The notes under the pieces: model-generated
Database searches by the model: none
Told to the model about the DNA's origin: nothing
The model's input: the letters and a program-made list of their open reading frames with translations, nothing else
Origin: Listeria phage LIS04
Sequence record: OQ999172.1
DNA length: 40,000 nucleotides
Direction: 5' to 3' (one strand)
In this document: positions 34,203 to 40,000 of the stretch, piece by piece
How the letters are laid out: each line of letters opens with the position of its first letter
Position numbering within the stretch: the first letter of the stretch is position 1
Made by a program: the position numbers and the translations under genes

Positions 34203-35729
34203 TTGAAGTTATTAGAAGTGCTTGGAGTTAAGAAAGTAGCTGATATCGGTCAGAAAGATAGAAATATCCCTGCTGACTTAGACGAAGCTCTTCAGAAAGT
34301 CGATTCTAGTTCTTGGGAAACTGTAAAGCGAATTAGGGACTTATCAGGTAATAGAGTTCAAAGGTACAATGAGTATAATGCAATGGCTGAAGATGTATTT
34401 ATAGCAGCAGCTCTGGAGTTGTACGCAGATGATGCAGTTCAATCTCACCCTCGTACTGGTAAAGCAGTATGGATCACTTCTGAAAATGATAATTTAGTTA
34501 AGGATCTCGAGCTTCTTCTTTCTGAACTTGATATTGAGTCTAGATTATGGGATTGGGCTCATGAGTTGGCTAAGTACGGAAGTCTACCTCTCAAGTTATT
34601 CAGAGATGGTAATGACGTGCTAGAGAAGTACGTAGAAGAAGTGACAGATCCAGCTAAGGTAGTTGAGCTCCAGTATAAAGGACGTACTGAGTATTTCGGT
34701 ATTTCTAATTCTGAGGAGACTAATACTCATAAGAAAGAAACTCTAGTTCTTGAGCCTAGCAATAGTTATGTTAACTTTCTGATTCGAAAAGCTAATAAAT
34801 TCGAGGACTTGACTATGGATGTACCTATTCTCGGAGAGAGTGGTGATCAAGAGGAAATCAGAACTGAAACTCGTACTTTTAAGGTAGCTGAGGGAGTTTC
34901 GATACTTGAACCACTTAGGTCAAGCTACAGAATACTTAAGTTACTAGAAGACTCGCTCATTGCTGCTCGACTAAGTAGATCTGCAATGATCAGGATGTTC
35001 TCTTTAGAAGTAGGAGCATCTGCTAGTCCTAAAGAAGCTCGAGAAATGGTAAATAGATTTAAGAAGCTTATCGATACTCGAGAAGAGATCGACGTACGAG
35101 AAGGTAGCTACAATAGTAAGAAGTCACCAGGACCAATAGATGATCCTATCATCGTACCTACTCGAAATGGTAAAGGTAATGTAAGCTTTCAGAATATAGG
35201 AGGTGATGTCGAAGTCAGAAGTATTGTTGATATAGATTATTTCCGTAATAAAGTATTTGCAGGTCTCAAGATACCTAAAGCTTTCCTAGGATTCGAAGAA
35301 TTCCTACCAGGAGGATTCGGTCAATCTCCTCTGACTAAATTAGATGTACGTTATGCTCGTACTGTTAAGCGAGTACAAACTGCATTGAAGGAGGGTATTC
35401 GTAAACTACTTAACTTATACCTTATAGATCAAAATAGACGAGGAGAAGTTAATTCCTTCACAGTCAATATGACTGAGCCATCCTCTTCAGAAGAATCTGA
35501 TCGTATGAACGACTTAGGTACTCGACTCAACTTAGTCGATGCTTTACTTAGAATGCTTGATTCGGAAGGTACTCGTGAGATGTTTGACAAGTACGATTTA
35601 GTACAGAACTTGCTAAGTAATGTACTTAAATTTGAGGATCTAGAAGCAGCTATGGTAACTAAAGCTCAGTACGAGAAGTCAATGGAGTCACAGTCCGTTG
35701 AAAATGAGGAGATCGATAGCGATTTCTAG
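34203..35729 (+). CDS. portal protein (T4 gp20/SPO1-like)
   Basis: RIRDLSGNRVQRYNEYNAMAEDVFIAAALELYADDAV...AKYGSLPLKLF...SRSAMIRMFSLEVG...DIDYFRNKVFAGLKIPKAFLGFEE; TTG start. Confidence 0.9.
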   Translation: MKLLEVLGVKKVADIGQKDRNIPADLDEALQKVDSSSWETVKRIRDLSGNRVQRYNEYNAMAEDVFIAAALELYADDAVQSHPRTGKAVWITSENDNLVKDLELLLSELDIESRLWDWAHELAKYGSLPLKLFRDGNDVLEKYVEEVTDPAKVVELQYKGRTEYFGISNSEETNTHKKETLVLEPSNSYVNFLIRKANKFEDLTMDVPILGESGDQEEIRTETRTFKVAEGVSILEPLRSSYRILKLLEDSLIAARLSRSAMIRMFSLEVGASASPKEAREMVNRFKKLIDTREEIDVREGSYNSKKSPGPIDDPIIVPTRNGKGNVSFQNIGGDVEVRSIVDIDYFRNKVFAGLKIPKAFLGFEEFLPGGFGQSPLTKLDVRYARTVKRVQTALKEGIRKLLNLYLIDQNRRGEVNSFTVNMTEPSSSEESDRMNDLGTRLNLVDALLRMLDSEGTREMFDKYDLVQNLLSNVLKFEDLEAAMVTKAQYEKSMESQSVENEEIDSDF

Positions 35730-35764
35730 GCTCTATTCAACCTGCTTAAACGTTTATACTCTTG
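35730..35764 (+). promoter_or_regulatory. bipartite promoter-like element
   Basis: GCTCTATT ... AAACGTTTATACTCTTG, standard spacing. Confidence 0.75.
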
Positions 35765-35796
35765 AAGTTGATTTGGAAATTTCAAGGAGGTAACTT

Positions 35797-36228
35797 ATGA
35801 GTAGGACTCGATCCGATATACTTGAGGCACTGTTCTCTATTAAGTCCGAAAATCCGGAGCTAGGAGATAAAGTAGCAGAATTACTTAAATTAGTTTATTC
35901 TAATCAGTCTTTAGATAAAGTTAACTCATTTATCGAGGAGCAGACTAATTCTAACTACTCTTCTGACTTTATGTCAAGAATGAGTACTAAGAAGTTCTAT
36001 AAGACTTTGAAGTCTTGTGAAGAAAGCACTGATCCAGTAGTTGTAGTTAAAGCTATAAGTTCACTTATTACTCATGCTTTGATTGATATTGAGCTAGGAC
36101 ATAGTCCTCGTTCTAGAGTATTCTCGGATCTAAAAATTCATACATTATTAGAGATTACTAGGTTATATTTTGTAACAGGTCATTTACCTGATCATACTCT
36201 TAAGACTATCGAGGAACTCCTCGATTAG
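35797..36228 (+). CDS. hypothetical protein
   Basis: AAGGAGG RBS; 143 aa. Confidence 0.7.
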   Translation: MSRTRSDILEALFSIKSENPELGDKVAELLKLVYSNQSLDKVNSFIEEQTNSNYSSDFMSRMSTKKFYKTLKSCEESTDPVVVVKAISSLITHALIDIELGHSPRSRVFSDLKIHTLLEITRLYFVTGHLPDHTLKTIEELLD

Positions 36229-36350
36229 TCTAATAATTCTGAAACTTAGCAATCATACTGCTTAAGTTAATTTTTATCACATTTTGAGCACCTTAGACTA
36301 GACTAGATAAGATATAGGTCACTAGTTAATTATTAGGGGAGGTACTGTTT

Positions 36351-36551
36351 GTGAGAGCTGAAGATTATGCTAAAACATTAGCCGATTATGAGAGTAAGGC
36401 TTACTTAGAAGGACTTGGAGTAGACTGGTTATCGACCGTAGGTGAAGGAGTTAGATTATACTTTCTCCACTGCGGAGAGACTTCGACAGATCCTACTATA
36501 GAAGGACTAATGGAGTGGATTAACTATCTCCATAATGAAGAAATGAAGTAA
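36351..36551 (+). CDS. small hypothetical protein
   Basis: GTG start after GGGGAGG; 66 aa. Confidence 0.6.
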   Translation: MRAEDYAKTLADYESKAYLEGLGVDWLSTVGEGVRLYFLHCGETSTDPTIEGLMEWINYLHNEEMK

Positions 36552-36613
36552 GTAAATTACAACAAGAAACTTTCAGCGATTGAGAGGACTTATAAGGGAG
36601 TGTCAGACTTACC

Positions 36614-37000
36614 ATGTTAATAGTTTATGATACTAAGACAGGAAATGTACAGAGATTCATCAATAAACTTAACCTACCTTCAGTTAAGGTCTCATCCGAC
36701 CTTTCAGTTGACGAGCCTTATGTACTAGTAACTTATACTACAGGTTTTGGTCAAGTTCCTGCTTCTACATCAAAGTTCCTTATTGATAATAGTGATTATT
36801 TAAGAGGAGTTGCAGCTAGCGGTAACAAGGTATGGGGATCTAATTATGCTAAGTCAGCTAGTACATTATCTGATGAGTATAAGGTTCCTGTTATTAGTAC
36901 ATTCGAATTAGCTGGTACTGAAAATGACATTTCTAAGTTCAAACAATCTCTTGTTAAGTTACAACAAGGAGGATTATCTAAATGTCGAGTCAGTCAATGA
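36614..37000 (+). CDS. nrdI: NrdI flavodoxin-like ribonucleotide reductase activator
   Basis: MLIVYDTKTGNVQRFINKL...YVLVTYTTGFGQVP...VWGSNYAKSAS. Confidence 0.9.
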   Translation: MLIVYDTKTGNVQRFINKLNLPSVKVSSDLSVDEPYVLVTYTTGFGQVPASTSKFLIDNSDYLRGVAASGNKVWGSNYAKSASTLSDEYKVPVISTFELAGTENDISKFKQSLVKLQQGGLSKCRVSQ

Positions 37001-39087
37001 TCCCTTCGTGGATTGAGAAAAACAATGAAATTATGATTCCTAAAGGCAATATGATGTTCCAGTTTGATAAAGATAAAGAAGCAGTTCACAGTTATTTTGT
37101 AGATTCAGTGAATCAGAATACTGTATACTTTGGTAGCCTCAAGGAAAAGATTGATTACTTGATTGAAAATGAATACTACGAGAAAGAGTTTTTAGATCTA
37201 TATACTTTTGAAGAAATCAAGTCAGTATTCAAAGAAGCGTACTCCCGTAAATTCAGATTCCCTTCCTTTATGAGTGCATTTAAGTTCTACAATGACTATG
37301 CTCTTAAGACTAATGACAAGAAACGTATCCTTGAGCGTTATGAAGATCGGATCTCTATTGTAGCTTTATTCTTCGCTAAAGGTTCTGTCAAGTTAGCTCT
37401 TAAGTTCGTAAATATTATGATCAATCAGGAGTACCAACCCTCTACTCCGACTTTCTTAAATGCAGGTCGTAAACGTAGAGGTGAGCTAGTAAGTTGTTTC
37501 CTCTTAGGAGTCAATGATTCTCTTAATGATATCTCTAAAGCAGTAGATACTTCGATGCAACTATCTAAGCTGGGAGGAGGAGTATCTCTTAATCTCTCTA
37601 ATATCCGAGCTAAAGGTGAATCCATCAAGGATGTAGAAGGTGCTGCTAAAGGTGTAGTTGGAGTGATGAAGTTACTAGACATAGCATTCAGGTATGCGGA
37701 TCAGATGGGTCAGCGACAAGGGTCAGGTAGTGCGTACTTAAATATCTTCCACGCAGATATTAATGATTTCTTAGATACTAAGAAGATCTCTGCAGATGAA
37801 GATGTTCGAGTTAAGACTTTATCTATTGGAGTAGTAGTACCTGATAAATTTATCAAGCTAGCTGAAGAAGATAGGGATGTTTACTTATTCCAACCTCATA
37901 CTATATTCAAAGAGTATGGATTGAAGTTTGATGATATTGATTTCAATGAGATGTATGATGAATTAGTCGGTAATCCTCGAGTAGGTAAGCTCAAATACGG
38001 AGCTCGTAAACTTCTTCAGAAGTTAGCTATACTTAGATCTGAGTCAGGTTATCCTTACATTATGTTTCAAGATAACGTTAATAGAGAGCATGCTCTTAAT
38101 AATATATCTAAAGTTAAATTCTCTAACTTATGTTCAGAAGTACTTCAAGCATCTACTTTATCTTCTTATAATGACTATAATCAAGAAGATGAAGTTGGTT
38201 TGGATATTTCTTGTAATCTAGGATCACTAAACATCATGAATATTATGAAAAATAAATCTATTGACACTGTAGTTCCTTTAGCTATTGACTCACTAACTGA
38301 AGTATCTCAGCGTACTCATATTGCTAATGCTCCAGCAGTTGCTAGAGCTAATAAAGAAATGAGATCTGTAGGACTTGGAGCTATGAACTTACATGGTTAC
38401 TTAGCTCATAATAAGATTGCATATGAAAGTGAAGAAGGTCGTAACTTCGCTAGTGTATTCTTCTCTCTAGTTAATTATTACTCTCTAATTCGATCTAATG
38501 AACTTGCTCGTATTCATGGTTCATTCGAAGGATTCGAAGGGTCGACTTATTCAACTGGTGAGTATTTTGATAAGTATTTAACTAAGAAATTTGAACCTGA
38601 GTCCGAGAAAGTTGAGAAGTTATTCGAAGGAATCTATATTCCTACTCAAGAGGATTGGAAAGTATTAAGAGATAACATTATTAAGACTGGACTCTATCAC
38701 AGCTACCGTATGTGCGTTGCTCCAACTGGATCTATCTCTTATGTACAATCTTCTACAGCTTCAGTTATGCCAATCATGGAGAGAATCGAGGAGAGAACTT
38801 ATGGTAATAGTAAAACTTACTATCCAATGCCTGGTATTTCTCCATCTAACTGGTTCTTGTACAAAGAAGCTTATGATATGGATATGATGCGAGTAGTCGA
38901 TATGGTAGCAGCTATTCAAGAGCACGTTGATCAAGGTATCAGCTTCACTTTATTCCTTAAAGATACGATGACTACTCGAGATATCACTAAGATCGACTTG
39001 TACGCTCATCATAAAGGTATCAAAACAATTTATTATGCGAGAACTAAAGATACTGGACAAGAAGGATGCCTATCTTGTGTAGTTTGA
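36982..39087 (+). CDS. nrdE: class Ib ribonucleoside-diphosphate reductase alpha subunit
   Basis: PSTPTFLNAGRKRRGELVSCFLLGVNDSLNDI, GVGAMNL-like VGLGAMNLHGYLA, MRVVDMVAAIQEHVDQGISFTLF, C-terminal CLSCVV. Confidence 0.95.
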   Translation: MSSQSMIPSWIEKNNEIMIPKGNMMFQFDKDKEAVHSYFVDSVNQNTVYFGSLKEKIDYLIENEYYEKEFLDLYTFEEIKSVFKEAYSRKFRFPSFMSAFKFYNDYALKTNDKKRILERYEDRISIVALFFAKGSVKLALKFVNIMINQEYQPSTPTFLNAGRKRRGELVSCFLLGVNDSLNDISKAVDTSMQLSKLGGGVSLNLSNIRAKGESIKDVEGAAKGVVGVMKLLDIAFRYADQMGQRQGSGSAYLNIFHADINDFLDTKKISADEDVRVKTLSIGVVVPDKFIKLAEEDRDVYLFQPHTIFKEYGLKFDDIDFNEMYDELVGNPRVGKLKYGARKLLQKLAILRSESGYPYIMFQDNVNREHALNNISKVKFSNLCSEVLQASTLSSYNDYNQEDEVGLDISCNLGSLNIMNIMKNKSIDTVVPLAIDSLTEVSQRTHIANAPAVARANKEMRSVGLGAMNLHGYLAHNKIAYESEEGRNFASVFFSLVNYYSLIRSNELARIHGSFEGFEGSTYSTGEYFDKYLTKKFEPESEKVEKLFEGIYIPTQEDWKVLRDNIIKTGLYHSYRMCVAPTGSISYVQSSTASVMPIMERIEERTYGNSKTYYPMPGISPSNWFLYKEAYDMDMMRVVDMVAAIQEHVDQGISFTLFLKDTMTTRDITKIDLYAHHKGIKTIYYARTKDTGQEGCLSCVV

Positions 39088-39110
39088 TCTAATTTCTACT
39101 ATATTATAAT
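39084..39110 (+). promoter_or_regulatory. possible sigma-A promoter between nrdE and nrdF
   Basis: TTGATC, 15-bp spacer, perfect TATAAT (39105-39110); spacing suboptimal. Confidence 0.35.
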
Positions 39111-39142
39111 ACACTTGCTGTGAAGCTGAGGAGGAAACCTAC

Positions 39143-40000
39143 GTGGTTAATGTACTTACTGCTGCTAACTGGGCAGTTCCTGAAGATGATTTTACTCAAA
39201 TGTTCTATAATCAGAACGTTAAACAATTTTGGTTACCTGAAGAGATTTCTTTGAATGGTGATCTCTTGACTTGGAAATATCTAGGTGAAGAAGAACGAGA
39301 GACTTATATGCAAGTACTTGCTGGATTGACATTACTCGACACTGAGCAAGGTAATACTGGGATGCCTATCGTTGCTCAGCATGTAGAAGGTCATCAACGT
39401 AAAGCTGTATTAAACTTTATGGCTATGATGGAAAATGCAGTTCATGCTAAGTCGTACTCTAATATCTTCTTAACTCTTGCTCCATCTGAAACTATCACTG
39501 AGATATTTGAGTGGGTAAAGAGAAATCCTTACTTACAAACTAAGGCTCACAAGATCGTTCATCTCTATGAGTCAATCTCTCAAGGAGATCCTATCTCTCT
39601 CTACAAGGGTATGGTAGCTTCAGTTTATTTAGAGAGCTTTCTATTCTATAGTGGTTTCTACTATCCTCTTTACCTTTACGGACAAGGTAAGATGATGCAA
39701 AGTGGAGAGATCATTAATTTAATCCTTAGAGATGAAGCTATCCATGGAGTGTACGTAGGACTACTAGCTCAGGAGATTTACAATCAGCAGTCTGAAGAAG
39801 TACAGTCAGAGTTAAGACAATTCTCAATTGATCTATTAGTTGAGCTTTATGACAATGAGGTTCTTTATACTGAGGATATTTATGATAAAGTTAAACTAAC
39901 TCCAGACGTTAAGAAGTTCATTAGATACAATGCTAATAAGGCATTGATGAATCTAGGATTCGATAGTCACTTCCCTGAAGAAGAAATTAATCCTATTGTG
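39143..40000 (+). CDS. nrdF: class Ib ribonucleotide reductase beta subunit, truncated at window edge
   Basis: GTG after GAGGAGG; [34 protein letters not shown]...[14 protein letters not shown]...[13 protein letters not shown]...[13 protein letters not shown]; frame open to 40000. Confidence 0.93.
   Translation, partial: MVNVLTAANWAVPEDDFTQMFYNQNVKQFWLPEEISLNGDLLTWKYLGEEERETYMQVLAGLTLLDTEQGNTGMPIVAQHVEGHQRKAVLNFMAMMENAVHAKSYSNIFLTLAPSETITEIFEWVKRNPYLQTKAHKIVHLYESISQGDPISLYKGMVASVYLESFLFYSGFYYPLYLYGQGKMMQSGEIINLILRDEAIHGVYVGLLAQEIYNQQSEEVQSELRQFSIDLLVELYDNEVLYTEDIYDKVKLTPDVKKFIRYNANKALMNLGFDSHFPEEEINPIV

Noticed and set aside
36982-39087. Intron or intein in nrdE, as in some related phages
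   Set aside because: The frame is continuous at normal class Ib alpha-subunit length and I saw no intein blocks.
1-40000. CRISPR array, rRNA or tRNA genes
   Set aside because: No regularly spaced repeats, and no acceptor/T-loop (GGTTCGAxxCC) signature at a plausible tRNA spacing, were seen by eye. tRNAscan-SE would be decisive.

Overview
All supported genes in this 40 kb window lie on the + strand. It looks like part of a large, low-GC, strictly lytic-type Firmicutes myophage (SPO1/Herelleviridae-like by gene content). About 50 tightly packed ORFs, most of unknown function, have strong GGAGG ribosome-binding sites and many use TTG starts. Recognisable products are thymidylate synthase, a sigma-factor-like protein, a SpoIIID-like HTH protein, a PhoH-like ATPase, a metallophosphoesterase, a SLOG/YspA-like protein, a deoxynucleoside kinase, a GroES-like co-chaperonin, a DUF3892-like protein, terminase large subunit, portal, NrdI, NrdE and NrdF (truncated by the window end). 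The strongest finding is the organisation of terL. Its coding sequence is interrupted by an apparent group I intron carrying a PD-(D/E)XK-type homing endonuclease ORF. Four codons after the inferred 3' splice site it is interrupted again by a naturally split intein: a 100-aa IntN ending in TAG, a roughly 90-nt intergenic gap holding a 21-bp hairpin, then a 43-aa IntC with its own RBS and ATG. The C-extein starts at the Walker B segment CGLLDEVEF. A functional terminase would therefore need RNA cis-splicing plus protein trans-splicing. The second main finding is a family of about 14 bipartite promoter-like elements (GCTCKATT ... ACGTYTATAsTkGTG), 11 with identical spacing, all intergenic and in the same orientation. 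They are a candidate regulon for a non-sigma-A holoenzyme, possibly involving the sigma-like protein encoded here. A third is a hairpin-dense non-coding region at about 29450-29660. All calls come from reading the sequence by eye; no database or folding program was used.
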